A stretch of 64,000 nucleotides of DNA from NCBI GenBank assembly GCA_047495785.1, contig JBLDXI010000024.1, positions 930,001 to 994,000 of the forward strand, read 5' to 3'. Source of the DNA: Lepidodermella squamata (taxonomy: Eukaryota > Animalia > Gastrotricha). Below are positions 27,558 through 40,556 of the stretch, in pieces. The translations under genes and the position numbers were made by a program. How positions within the stretch are numbered: position 1 is the first letter of the stretch; each line of letters starts with the position of its first letter. Below the pieces are notes generated by a model. That model was not told the DNA's origin, made no database searches, and saw only the letters and a list, made by a program, of their open reading frames with translations.

Positions 27558-28501
27558 ATGAGCGATGAAAACTGCGACCCTCGCGTGACAGCACTGCTCG
27601 AGAGCTGTGAACCAATGAATCTATGCATCTCTCAGACGGCCAGCGATGAATACGAGGACGATTCGGATGAGTATGATGAAACAAGCGAATCGGTAAATTT
27701 CTGCAAAATTTGGCTCTATTTTATTAAAAAAACACTATAAATTATCCCCGAAATGGAACAAATTGAGAATTCTTATTAAATGTAGCGACCACATTAGGCC
27801 GAGAATTGTCTTGAATATTAAGAAGTATGTATATATTATTATAATATTCATTTTTTATACAGCAATCTGAGACCGATGGAGATAGTCTTCATCACTGTTC
27901 ACATGATCACAGCTGTTCGATTCCGAAAAATGAAAATCCATGTCCAACAAGTCCATTTGCTTTTAGAGGATTTTCCCGCGATTTTCTTACGATGCAAGCG
28001 ATACTTAGCAGTTCGATTTCGAAAAATGAAAATTCAATTCCTACAAGTTCATATGCTTTTAGAGGATTGTCCCCTGAGGCAACTCTTGCGCATCAAGCGA
28101 TACATCAGTCGATCTTTAACGAATTCGCCAGGCCGACATTCACCCCTATGTTGCATCTATCTCAACAAGTGATGCAGGAGATAACTGCGGTCGGCAACAG
28201 CGAAAAATTTCTCATTGCTAGTGGCCAACTGCAACGCCTGGTTCAGGAAAATTCAGCTTTCGGATTCACCGCCAAGCTGTTCGAACACTTTGCACCGGTA
28301 TCGCTGCTGTTGCACGATTGCAGCGAGCCATTCAACGACCCGCAACTCTCCACCGCCATTGCTGTTGAGGTGCAGCGGCAGTACCGCGATGAGACGATTA
28401 GCGTTTTGCCTATGCCTGTCCCGTTTGAATCATTTAAACCAGAAGCTCTCGCCGATATACTGAAGTGCAAAGTAAGTGCCCTGAAAGACTGTCGAGGCTG
28501 A
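27558..28501 (+). CDS. Putative BEN-domain protein, paralogue A (intron 27693-27862)
   Basis: Two exons joined in phase 0. The C-terminal AVGNSEKFLIASGQLQRL..SAFGFTAKLFEHF..DPQLSTAIAVEVQRQY resembles the BEN pattern and is shared with the next gene. Confidence 0.5.
27911..28105 (+). repeat. Two-copy ~96-99 bp in-frame tandem duplication
   Basis: Encodes SCSIPKNENPCPTSPFAFRGFS.. and SSSISKNENSIPTSSYAFRGLS.. Confidence 0.85.
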
Positions 28502-29650
28502 GAAGTCTAATTTATTCGTGAATGTGTGTTCAAAAGCCCAGCTTTGAAAATAATGGCCTAAGCCATCAGGAACCATTAGCTAAACGCTTGGTAATCGTTA
28601 TGCAATTTTGTTTATCATTTATATCCGCTGTTTCTACGTTTTTTATTATCATTATTTGTTTCGCACATTATGCACGTATCAGAAATCAGAAATAAACAGT
28701 TAATCGTGGATTCCTCGATTTTTTTGCTTATTTTGGGCAACATCAAGAAATCGGATAGGTATATTATCCCGAAACAAAGTGATTGAGAAATGGAGCATGG
28801 GAGAAGGTGAGTGAGTTCTACCTATATTGTTGATCAAAAAGTACATAATTGAGGCCCTATGATGTTTCGGACGCTTTAACATTTTGGTACCTTGTCCCAG
28901 CTGCTGGTAAATCGATCGGCATTTAATTGGAGCTTCATTTTAAAACAGAGGGGCTTGGCATATTCATCCAATTTCAACTCTGTAAGGTGGGTCAAAAAAT
29001 GAAACTGTATTTTTTGTTGCCTCCGCACACCTGGAGTCTTCGACACTATGTCTATTTGCTGATTTTTTGACGAAAATTTTGTGTACATAGAATAGTTTCA
29101 TCCCCAGCGAATCCTCAGCTTTTTTCAATTCAATGAGGGTTTATAATGGTCTACAGATTCGAATCGAAAAAATGCGCACGCCAATTTGACACCTAAATTA
29201 AGGGTCCCAATCTTGAGCCCCATCACTAGATTTTAGACCCTTAAATGGTACGTCTTTTTCGTTATGTCGAATCTGGAATTACAAGAATTGTTGACCAAGC
29301 TCCACCCTTTACTAGGTCAACATTACGGGTAACTCCAACAACCAATACTATTATGGCCTGCCAATCTTCAGCATATTTTTTTCCAATCTCCATCGGAGGA
29401 ATCATGTTTCCTGCGGCGAAGTTTACTGAGCGTCGGCTTCAAGGATGCGTCAAAGCAAGCTATAGACGGCGGTGAAATCAGAAACTCACTAGCGAGGATG
29501 TGCGATAGAACGATTTTAATCCGCTATGCGGCGCGTTAAAAGTGCGCACAAATTTGCGCAGATTAAATCTAACACATTCGCGCACAAGCCTCTTCTTTTA
29601 ACCTACCATATCCAATACAATCTACATCTTATCTTCAAGTAAATTTTTCG

Positions 29651-30527
29651 ATGGCCGAGTTTCTCGATGCGAGGAGTGAGACGCCAGCTCCGTTAGATTC
29701 CATGCAAATTGAAAATATCGGCCCCATCGGTTATGGCCGGTTGTACTCAGGAATATTCGCTCGCGATTCAGAAGTTATTTGGTACCCGGTCGTCGTAATT
29801 GAAGTTTTGCGAAAATTGCCCCGGGTTATCGACCGCAACAACCCGGTACAAGCTGGAGGGATTGAGGCTTTCAATTTCGCAACTGAAGACTTCTGCCGCG
29901 TCTACGAATTTCTCGAATTACCGTGTTCGGAGTCGGCTTTGGCTAACCTGGATATTCATCCAATCCTGTCCCCATCAACGGCTCAAATTTTCGAGGAAAG
30001 TGTTCGCAGAAAGAGTGAAAGAAACAATAGCAAGGTATATTTTCGCTAAATTTTTCTCAAAATACAACGGCTACATTTTGCAGGCTGATCGAAAATCCGA
30101 ACTACGATCGACTCGCCAGCCTAACAAGCGAGATAAGTCATTACTGTCTAAACTTGACGGTTGGAAAATATCTGTGAAATATCATCGATGCCCGTTACCC
30201 GACACCGAAACCGACCTGCCTAGACTGGCGCTCGTCGGAGGCAACAAGAAATTCGTCATTCCCGGCCGCGTTCTGCGCCGCTTCATCGACGAAAATTCGC
30301 CGTTCAAATTTGCCGCAAAGCTGTTTGACTATTTCGCCCCGGTTTCGATGCTCTTGCACGGCTGCGAGAACCCGGCGGATGATCGTGAGTTGGCTAGGGC
30401 CATTGCGGCCGAGATTATCACCCATTATGCTTGCGGTTCGTCGCGACTCACGATAAGGACATCACTGGCACATGTAAAGACCTCACTGCTAGCTGATTTG
30501 ATCAGGAAAAAATCATTTAAAAAATAA
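29651..30527 (+). CDS. Putative BEN-domain protein, paralogue B (intron 30034-30083)
   Basis: LVGGNKKFVIPGRVLRRFIDENSPFKFAAKLFDYFAPVSMLL..DDRELARAIAAEIITHY is homologous to paralogue A, but the N-terminus differs. Confidence 0.5.
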
Positions 30528-30752
30528 TCGCACTGTTATTATTGCCACCTAGCATGTTTTCTTGTTTTTCATTATTCAATTAATAAATCGTTCATCATTG
30601 CGATAAAATTCGATAAAATCGAATAAAATTGTGTTTTCCATTGCGCCTGACTCAAAAATTGGCTAAAAACTCGGGATTCATAGTCTTCATTTTACTTTAA
30701 TTTAAAAAAAATCATATGGCACTTTAATTTTGCTATAAAAAATCAATAAAAG

Positions 30753-32925
30753 CTAGGCACCAATCGAACTTGAAATGGAAATGATCAGAATAACGGCCGT
30801 AATCGTGCGATGACTTGACCCGCTATTTCGCTTTGGCGTCGTCCGAATCGCCTCCGTATTAGACGCAGCTTTCGTTGTTGCTGTTGTTGGCGCTATCGTC
30901 GTTGTCGTATTCGAAACCGGCATTTCTTGTTCACACCTGATATCAGGTGATGGCGGTGCAGATAAATGTACACATTTCATAATTTGCGACAGTGCCCGGT
31001 ACGAGTCCGCCGATGAATTGAACACCGTGAATCGAGAGGCGAAGTAGAATAGAAGACCTTCGTCTTCACTCAGACACGGACTATGCAACAGCTCCAAATT
31101 TTCCAGCAACTGGTAGCACCACAAGGAGCATGAGGGTGCTGGGTAGGTTGAACAATAACAATTACTGCTGAACATCCCATGCTCAGTCGAATTCAAAGTA
31201 TCGATGAATTTCATCATGTCGCACTTGCCGATTGTGCCCTTCATATAATTGCAATATCCAACCTTAGAAAAATAAAAATAAAATAAAAAAATATTAAGAA
31301 ATTAGCAAATAAATTTATTACATTTCCCGTGTTGTCCAGCATTTCCGATAGACGCTTTGTCGGTCTTGGATAGATGTCGATGAAAGCGAAACACATCTCA
31401 TCCGTTGTATTAGGGCCGTAGAAAGTCCAGTCAGCGCGGCCTGTTGAGTTGTATCGGCATTCAATCTCGAAATTGTCACCGGGTTCCAAAACTAGATTAT
31501 CGCTTCCCGACCACATTTTGACCGTGGGGCGTTCATAGATCATCGGCTCGCTAATTACGTCAATCCTATCGCCAGACCGCTTCGAAATAGACAATCTACC
31601 GAACATTCCCAACTTGTGCATATGAAACATGATCGAAGTAATGTTGTAAGCTGGATTGGCTCCGAAAAAATCCATACTGCATTCATCTGTTGTGAAACTG
31701 CGACCGGTAACCGTTGTTAGCATTTTATTAGGAGGAATCGCTATCGCCTGCTGGCCGATAACGAGTAACCCAGCGTCATTTGGTCGAAGCTTGCTGGTGT
31801 AGTAAAGGCGAATTCCGGACGAGTCGATGATTCCACCGATTTGAGACGGGTTGTTGTAGTGAACTTGTAGGACAGCTACCTTAAAACTCGATTTACCCAT
31901 CGGGAAACCAGCCGCTGAGTCGTAGCATTTTGGCAACTGCCCGTAAGCCCAGACAGCTACCATGCTATTGCACTCTACAAAATCAGTGATCAGGATTATC
32001 GAAAATGAAGGAATTTCGTTGATTACCTGGAGTGATTTCGCATTCTCTTGGCGCCAGATAGCCACCAGAAGCCATCATTTGATCGTAACTACTTGTATCA
32101 TCGCAAACGTACAGAATTAAATGATGCATAAACTCGAAACTAGCGGCTGCCACAATTGGTTCCCACTATAGATAAAATGCACGTAAAAACGTGAATATGG
32201 AGACAAAAAATAATGCAAACTTACGCCAACAATGTGGTAATTTTGATCATCAGGTACGTTGAACTGCTGGCAAACGTACGAAGTTGTCTGTCTTGGCAAC
32301 TCCAGATTTTGGAAATTTATATCGATGGTTTTAAAATTCTCATTAGCTAAGCTTGGACACCAAGATGGCGCGACCACTGGGACTGATGTGCTATTTCTTG
32401 GCTGGGTCGTTGTCGCAACTGTACTAGTTGTCGTCGCCATCGCCTCTACACACTCCGGATTTTTTGTTAGAAACGAATTGAAAGCTGCACATTGTGGGCT
32501 AGTGATAGGCTCACAAACGCCTGGGTGCGATAGAGGCCGACCGGTGGTGGCTAAAATTGTCGAATTATTTTGCCAAACGCAGTCAGGGTCGCCCAATTCC
32601 TCCCCGTTCGTGCGACCATCGTTGTCGCTGTCGAGCCGGCAAATCGGCGTCCATTGCTTACCCTTCGCCAAAAAATCTAGCCCAAACTGGTTCAAACGAC
32701 CGTCCTTGCTTGAAAACTGATGTCCTACGCCTGACGATTGACGGCGGTTCAGAAAAATAATAGGAAATTAAGGTGGATATGCTTACTCGTCCAAATGGCG
32801 CGTGTCCGGCAGGGGTTAGGTACCCTCTGGCCGTTGGGAATGCGAAGTTGAAATGAAGCGAATCCGGTAGCGGGGTCGGGCCTGCTGATGGCGGCCAAGA
32901 AAAATGCAAAGCAGCGCAACAACAT
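30753..32925 (-). CDS. Temptin-domain / copper type II ascorbate-dependent monooxygenase (MOXD1/DBH-like)
   Basis: Signal peptide; temptin motifs IPNG.VPNPC, VGH, LNQFGLDF, WT..C.LDSDNDGRTNGEELGDPDCVW and LSHPG; Thr-rich linker; CuH ligands MHH and QVHYNNP; CuM ligands FHMH and DEMC; hydrophobic C-terminus. Confidence 0.88.
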
Positions 32926-33917
32926 CTTGCGGCTCTGACGTGACTGAAAATGTGCTACAGGTGAAATCTTGGCCTGCGTTATTGTTTACCGAGACGCGTA
33001 TCGTATAACCAACCACCACGCCATGATACCCCATGTCTTAGAACCGCTCACTCACTCACGTCTATTTGCTCTCGGAGAGGTGTTGATACGCAAGTGGAGT
33101 GGGTTGCCTGCAAATGGTTTTTAGTCACGGCCGATTGCAATCGGATACGAAGCAATCCCCTTCTCTGGAAACAAAAGAGCTCTTTGCACGCTGTTTTTTA
33201 TTTTATTTCTTTTTACGTCGCTTTTTTACACATGATGCGCTGATCGCAGGTGGCGTTAATGCGCCGCCGTCGTGTAAGCGCGAAGAACTTATATAGTAGA
33301 TAGCCGACGAACAGTGTTTTATATTCGAAGATAAATTTGCACCGACGCGACTCAACAACCTAGTTAACATCGTAATGTCCTAGTTGAAAATTGCCACCAC
33401 CTTAACAGAAGAACAGACCTTGTGGCAATCGATATATAGGTATATCTAATTGTATTATAGATAGAGATAATTGTGCGATACACAATCATAGTAACGTGAC
33501 CACGTTTTTTCAAAGAACGAACTTTAATAAAAGCGAGAAGAGAAAAGGGCTGTCTCTCTCGCGTATTCATGATGTTAAGTTTACATATAGAGTAATGATT
33601 TTATTTATATGTTTTTTTTAATTAAGCGCAAACATAGCGCAACCTGGTTTGTTTCCCTCTTCAGCCATCATCGTCCCTAGTGCACAAAACAGCGCACAAA
33701 ACAAGCATAGTTCAAAACCACAATGATCTTCATCAAAAAACATTTCATCAAAAGTAAAGTAGGGCTACAAAAATTACTAATTGTCATCTGCGCCACAAAT
33801 CACGCAACCACTATAGTATTAATATAGATGTATATATATAGCGAGTTATATAATATAATATAATAGTAATGATAATTCACTTTCGCGGTGCACCGATAAG
33901 TTTTCGAATGTCGGCTA

Positions 33918-36900
33918 TCACTTTTCCTGAGCCGATGGAGATACCGGGCATTTGTCCTCGCTTTCGTTCAAATCGGCGTCAAAAGATTCGTCCAGTAATG
34001 CATTGTTATCGGTGTCCCTGAAAATAAAAATTACAAATAATTAAAGTTTGTAGATTATAGGTATCTTGTTGAAAAAATTGACGCGTTTATTCCGACGTTT
34101 CGGTTATTTGCATCTTCAGGGATTAGTTCAGGAATTAAACCAAATTCGAAGTTAATATTTAAGATGGATGTTTTAAAGAAATGGAATCAAGCTAATTTTT
34201 CATCTTCTTCTGGGTCTTATCAGATTCCTCAAAATTATAAAACATCCATCTTAAATATTAACTCGACTTCAAACTTTTTAATTTTTGTCAGCAACAAATA
34301 TTTTGGAATTGGGTTTTATTCTTGAAATAGCGACAAACCCTTTTTCGATGACGGAGCCACCACGGCCAACACCCGGGGCCTTTTTGCCCTTGCCCCTGGC
34401 GCCGCCAGGGATAGTCAGACCCCGACCACGGCCCATACCAGTCAAAGCAGCGCCGGCAGAACCACCACGCTTGCCCGATCCGCCTCTTCCGCCCCGTTTC
34501 GCAGAATCAGCGTACCGGCCGTAAGGCGCTCCATATTGCGGCTGACCCCACTGGGGTGCTCCGTAGTAAGCGGCCTGGGGGGCGTACATACCGTAACCGG
34601 CGTAAGGAGCAGCATAAGCGGCGTGATGAGGCGGAACAGCCGCACCCCGGTAACCACCCCACTGCCCAACGACAACACCGCCAACCTCCAACTGACCGCC
34701 TTTATGGTTCGAAATCGGGGCAGGCTGGTCGTGGGCTCGAGGCACCCCGCGGTTACCGGCCATGACCAAGATTTCGGAGGAAGACGGGACCGAGAGAGGC
34801 GCGACTGACATGTAACCAGCCTGAGGCGACAGGCGGTACCTGGCGAAATGAGGCTGGAGATTGTCGAGGATAGCCTGGCGAAGGCTTGAAAATAGGTACA
34901 GTTGCTCGTGATTGCCGTCGCAGAGGTCGCGAGGCGCTGCCCCTTGACTAGCCATCGACAACTTGGTCTGGAACAGCTTGCCGTCGAAATACAACCACGG
35001 CGCGGTGTACTCCGCCTGGATCGGCTGGCCGCAGACGTCGTTGACGAAAATCGCGTGATCGACACCGCGCATGAAAATCGACGACAGGTGGATGCCGCGA
35101 GCGCTGATTGAAACCAGCTCCATATCAGCGAGGTAGTCCGGGTTTTGCAGGGCCGGCGAAACCGCCTGGGCTATCAAAGCGTCGAACTCGTGGGGCAGCA
35201 AAATGCCGACAGATTGGCTGAGCAGGAAGCGCAACACCGCACATGGAACGATGTGATGGGGCTGGACGCATGAGGTCTGGTACATCATTGGCGCATCGGA
35301 TTTGAAGCAGGACAAAAATGTCTTCAGACGAAGCATCCAATCGCCAGAGTCCCGAGAGAGCCATAGCTTAGAAATCGGCGGGTTGGCGCAGTTTTGTAGG
35401 ACTACCGATGGCACAAGGTCGACTGCCGGGGTCGGAACGCCGTTCGCTCGTTCGATAAACCACTCGCGAATGAGTACGGTCTTCGGCGCGGCGGGTGCAG
35501 CGGGTTCTGAAAAATGTTTCAAGTATCTTCAACACACATTCACACGGCAGGAAAAATGAAGCATGAGAGGAGAACCGACATTGATGTAGTCCCGGAAATA
35601 ATTTAAATACAAAGGCAACGCAATAATTGCCAATTGTATTGCTACAGGGACAAAAAACTAGAACATAAATGAAGCTGAACTAACCTTCCGTTTTAGACTT
35701 TTCACCCGAGGCGGCGTCTTTGTTTTCAGAATCCGACTTGGCAGCTGGTTGGCTTTGCGTAATGTCAAAAAGGACGGCATAGGCGTTTTGCCGAACAGGC
35801 CGGTACAAATGAACGAGAAGTGGGGGAACATCTTCCACCGGGACGATCACATTAGCGTTGACACCCTGCACGCAGGCGTGGGGTTCGATGCACGTTGGCA
35901 GTTTTATTTCTCCCTGCGTCAAAATGTGGTGCACCCATGGGTGCATGCCGCCATGAATATGGCGTTCCTTGGCGATGCTGAGAATGTTTTCGTCGACCTT
36001 CCCGATGACGGGCTTGAAGGACTCACTCAGTGAAGCTATCACGCTCGGGAGTTGCGACATCGAAACACCAAGGGCGGCCTAAATGAGAAGTAAAGTCAAA
36101 AAGCAATTCAATGCAAAATCTAACTTACAAATCGTTTTATTGAAGGCACGGTAGAACCATTAGATTCAGTTCCATCCAAAACGGTTGGCGTAACCTTCGT
36201 AGCGCCGTTATTTCCGTTCGATTCGCTGGATTTTTCTTTCAGTGGTACCGCCAAATCCTTGTAGTAGTTGAATTGCTGAGCAAATTTAGAGACAAGAGTC
36301 GTGGCAGATTCGGCGGGCATTTCGCTGAAAAGTTTGGCGCCGACTTCAGACGGCCTGTCGATAATACTTTCGGGGATCTCGCGAACGACGGCGGCCAAGT
36401 CCTTCAAAAGAGCAGGCCATTCGAAGTTTCCATCCTTGTTTTTCTTGGCAGACAGCTTCTGCTGGAAATACGGAGCCAGATCGTCATCGGTGAGCAAATG
36501 GCTGCCGAGCAATGAAAGAAATATGAGAAAGTGCGAGCTCGGAATGTCGAAGTGTTTCTGAATAGCTTCCAGACATGCCTCTCTCGCTTCGAGAGTTTGC
36601 TTGACGCTAAGTTTCATGGAATGAGCTGAGTAAAGGCGAGGAAGCTGTTTGCTGGTGAGAGCAAAGAAAACTGCAGACTCGGCGAATAGTCCTTCGTAAG
36701 AGCAAGGCAAAAACGCAGCGGCAGTCAAAACTGAAGGATCGAGGCCGAGGGCAGCTGGGCCTTGGGTCGTTGCGGCCGGAATTTTCGGAGGTTCGCTCTG
36801 CAGAGCATTGATAACCTCACGCGTATGATCATCGAGTGTAACCAAAATCGGTGCCTAAGCGAATAAAATGGCTAGTTGTCAACCGATAAGAATAAAATTG

Positions 36901-37438
36901 CTTACCCGAAGACTGCTAAAAACGAGTTTCAGGCTAGATTCAACGGCGATAGGCGGAATCCAAAATGCTTTGGGTGGAGGAATACCTCTTCTCCCAACGA
37001 TTTGCACAATTCGGTCAGATCTGTTAGCCAACTCTAGCTGATTGGCGAACCATTCGCAGATGCGATCACTTTCCATTGTTCCGTTGAAAATTAGCACCAG
37101 TTCCGTGCGACTTTTTCTGGCGCATTTCAGCAACTTCGACAGGAATTGATAAGTACGACACCATTGACCTCCATGAATCCAGTCATTGAAAAATCCGCCT
37201 GAAGAACAAAGGTTAAATAAGAACGCCGAAATACGAAACAATTACCATACAATCTGTCGAGACCCCCATCGGCATCAAACAATATATACTTTGTAGCAGT
37301 GCCATTCTTATCGGATGGCTCGGCAACCTTGCCTGGGGCTTTTGCGATACTGCAACTCTTGAACAGGTCAGAGCTTTTCTCGTCAGAGACGATGCTCGCC
37401 CAGAAGTGTTCAAGCCCACTAATTACAGGCTTTGCCAT
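33918..37438 (-). CDS. FAM120A: FAM120A-like (constitutive coactivator of PPAR-gamma-like protein 1/OSSA)
   Basis: DADGGLDRLY|GGFFNDWIHGGQW, PPPKAFWIPP, LYRPVRQNAYAVLF, PWLYFDGKLFQTKL, GGQLEVGGVVVGQWGG and an RGG-rich tail. The last exon ends at TGA 33918. Confidence 0.92.
34080..34120 (-). other. Degenerate minimal hammerhead-ribozyme motif of Penelope-like/retrozyme type
   Basis: Minus strand reads CCUGAAGA-N11-GAAACGUCG...CGUC. Stems I and II pair poorly. Confidence 0.35.
34150..34263. repeat. Perfect 26-bp inverted repeat in the last FAM120A intron (MITE/foldback-like)
   Basis: Arms at 34150-34175 and 34238-34263 are exact reverse complements. Confidence 0.8.
35512..35652 (-). ncRNA. 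Intronic box H/ACA snoRNA, copy A (FAM120A intron 35684-35507)
   Basis: Hairpin 1 closed by GUCCC/GGGAC, H box ACAUCA, hairpin 2 with an internal pocket, then ACA plus 3 nt; 141 nt. Conserved blocks and compensatory stems are shared with copy B. Confidence 0.8.
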
Positions 37439-37914
37439 GAAAACAAGGCCTAGCTGAATAGAGAAATAACATTTTTCAGTTTTCCGTTATAACTGAGTAG
37501 AAGAGAAAGGGCAATAAGAAGACACAATTGATTTCACATAAGCTGGCTTGATGCATCAGGCATAGAGTTTCAAGTTTACAACAAAGACGCGCAGGCGTTG
37601 AATCGAGTAAAACTAGCAACATAAAACATAAGAGCCATTGCTAATTGAGATAACTATTTTTGCCGTAGCGCTTCACGCAGTGAGAATCTCGTAAGAAACA
37701 GAAAAATCATTTTCCAACAATTTTATCAAGTGCCACCGTACACCATGAACAATATTGTGCACAACTGAAATGAAGATCGAGAGGATTATCAACTTAAAAT
37801 GACTGAAACATCGAAGATGAAGCTTCCAATTTGAACGATAATCAAACATCAGATGAATGCGGAATTGCCAAGGTCGGCCAATGCGATTAGTAGACCAACC
37901 TGAAATATATATAT

Positions 37915-38047
37915 AAATGTATCAAGTATCTTCAACATATATCCATATGCTAGAATGAACAATGAGAGGAGAACCGATGGTACTTTAGTCCCACACCGAA
38001 AATACAACACAAGCACAATAAAACTTCTGATGTATGCTACAGGGACA
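37915..38047 (-). ncRNA. Intronic box H/ACA snoRNA, copy B (non-coding leader intron 38079-37900)
   Basis: Same conserved blocks (GUCCCUGUAGC, GGGACU, UCGGUUCUCCUCUCAU, UGUUGAAGAUACUUGA), H box AAAGUA, ACAUUU; lies inside GTAAGT...TTTCAG. Confidence 0.8.
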
Positions 38048-39214
38048 AATGTGTTAATAAAAGCATTTTCGGGACTTACCTCGTCGGTTTAAACAATCAA
38101 CAGCCGATATTGAGTTTCATCTGAATCGATATAGTCCATCAGAAGAGTTGAGAGCGACAGTAACTGAATCCCATTAACCGCCAAGGAATCAACGACACGA
38201 GCAAATGCCTGCGGAGTTTGGGACATCAGCTGCCACGTCTAGCACCAGGGCGATTAGACTTCATAAAACAGAAAGACTTTCCACCAAAGCGATTACTTCA
38301 GCCAGCCGGTAATCACGGTCCACGAGGTGACACTTGAGATTGCGACGCTTATCCCTGCTGCGTTAACAAAAAAACAAGCATGGTTTTCAAGGTGAAGGTC
38401 ATTAAAAAATATATTTCATTGTTGAATTGGTTGTAAAATACAAGTTAAACAATATCGGGAAGATATTATCAAAAAAATAAGCGAAGTTATGATCGCGGTG
38501 CTTTATTAAATTTTTGGGTTTTTTTCCGCTTTCAGGCCTAAGTCAACCGCCAGTGGAGATATTCGCCAAAACTTTTGTTCTAAAGCGCCATCTCTTAGTT
38601 CTTGGTCGATGAATTAAAAATGAATTCGATGAAATACGTGTTGATGAAACACCATTATATTCACAGCAACCTTTTTACCTTTCATTTTTACATTCTTATG
38701 CGACGAAACGGAAAGGTCCCAATGATTTTTTTTCCAGTCATCAGGAACCTTGAACTAGCTACTTCATTTGAAGCTACTAAGAACAGCAGTCCCCGGTCAC
38801 TAGGGAGCATTCTTCCACAATCCAGTCTCCGAATGAATTTGTAATGGTTTTCTGAAATTAACCAAGTGTTCAACAGTTGATCACTTGATCAGAAAGGCTC
38901 TTGAATAAGTCGTCATCAACGACACTTCATTGCTTTCTGCCACCCGGCTCCAATTCATCAATCATGCGAGCTAGTGCGAGGAGCGCTGCAACTGTAACCG
39001 GCCATTCATCCGATGACAAAAACATGCGCACACATTTGCACAGCATACAGTGGCCGGCGGCATTCGATTAAATTAAAATTAAAATTTAATGAGATGTGGC
39101 GCCAAGCCCCTGCACTGGTGCGCTATAGATGGTCATCTCAAATAATACCTAATACATTTAGTAGCTAAGATATAACATATAACTCGGACTCTGCATTGCC
39201 CGTAGCCTTCATCG

Positions 39215-39457
39215 ATGAATTCCGACGATTTCATATCATCCATATCATCAATCTGGCCAGATTCAATCAAGCGAACGATAGCAGATAACAAAGCTGTTAT
39301 GCAGTTGATTATGGCGATGTTCGCAGTTATCTTCCCGACTGTTTTATTCTTCAGCTGTCAAATATTTCAAAACAAGCGAGCGGTGAGGGTGCGCTTAAAT
39401 TCTTTGGAAGATAGCAGGAAGGTTCGGAAGCCTCGCCCCAAAGCGAAAGACAAGTAA
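39215..39457 (+). CDS. Small single-pass membrane protein with C-terminal KxKxx ER-retrieval-like motif
   Basis: 80-aa ORF with one hydrophobic helix and a basic tail ending KAKDK. Confidence 0.5.
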   Translation: MNSDDFISSISSIWPDSIKRTIADNKAVMQLIMAMFAVIFPTVLFFSCQIFQNKRAVRVRLNSLEDSRKVRKPRPKAKDK

Positions 39458-39704
39458 AATATGAGAAACACCATGTTTAAACATGCATGAATTAATCAAG
39501 GAAAAATACAAGTATTTTTTTAGCCATTACCTATCAACTTTTAACTGTGGCAATTTACCATTTTTGTTGCGCTTGTGAATGAGCTTAGGAGACTGAAATA
39601 ATAAAGATAATCCGAGTGTTTTTGTGGTCGCAAAATGTTTAGGCTCACCGGATGTATCAAAGAGAAACGGCTCTCACTTTATAAACAAATTTCTTCCTTC
39701 TTAA

Positions 39705-40202
39705 ATGCTTCAGATGGGCATAGTTCCACATTTTATTAACCGCCATACCGCCGTTTTATGCTGCATTATAGCTTCGTTGATGGTTTCCATACAATGTCAA
39801 CGTAGTGATATAGAAACCACAACAGTCATTAGTACTCGTCGAACGAGAAGAACCACCGAATATTTGACACCTGAGACTGTGAAACCTGAGCAGAAAGCAA
39901 CTCCAAATTGGATCTTAGCTAATTGGCGGCGTACCTGCAAAAGGGACTGCTACAATCTCTACTATGCCACGGGTTACTCCCAAACACGGTAGGAACATAT
40001 TTACTATGATGGGTAATTTTTATATGCTTGTTGTCTCCTTGTCACTAGAGGCTATGAAACTCGACTATATGGGCAAGATCGAGTGGTATGGAGATGCGAA
40101 AGTATGTGTAGCCAAAGAAAGAAGTTGAATACCGCCAATCCGATTGTTCCGTCCATGGCTCTGGCTTCCCTTCTAACTCTCGTCGCCCTCATAATACGTT
40201 GA
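39705..40202 (+). CDS. Secreted/GPI-type Thr-rich protein with CxxxC...CxxxC domain, paralogue A (intron 39989-40048)
   Basis: Signal peptide; TPETVKPEQKATPNW..NWRRTCKRDCYN..CESMCSQR; hydrophobic C-terminal tail. Confidence 0.75.
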
Positions 40203-40556
40203 GATTTCATTGCCCTCATGGAATAAAGACTAGTGAATCACAATTATTTCCAATGGCGTTTGGCGTTTGATCATCGGATCATCATGTATCTTCGATCTCT
40301 AAACTTCGCTTAAATAAAGCCTTCAATGCAGCTGCATTGCATGAAGTTGTTATCCGAAGTCAAGAGAAAAAAATGATTCAGTGGGAAAAACTGAGGTGGA
40401 GGTGTTACGCTTGGTAGGAAAAACAAAAGCAGCCCCCATCTATTGTCGCAGAATACAATGAGAATGTAGCGAAACATAGCGATACTACAGCACTTGCAAA
40501 CTCATTCTCAGAGTTCAAGAACCTATTAAATATCTAATTGAAGCATTTTTTTTACA

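Noticed and set aside
38125-38290. GGAAAGUC...GGACUA as RNase P/MRP P4 helix
   Set aside because: P4 pairing is imperfect and the conserved CR-V context is absent.
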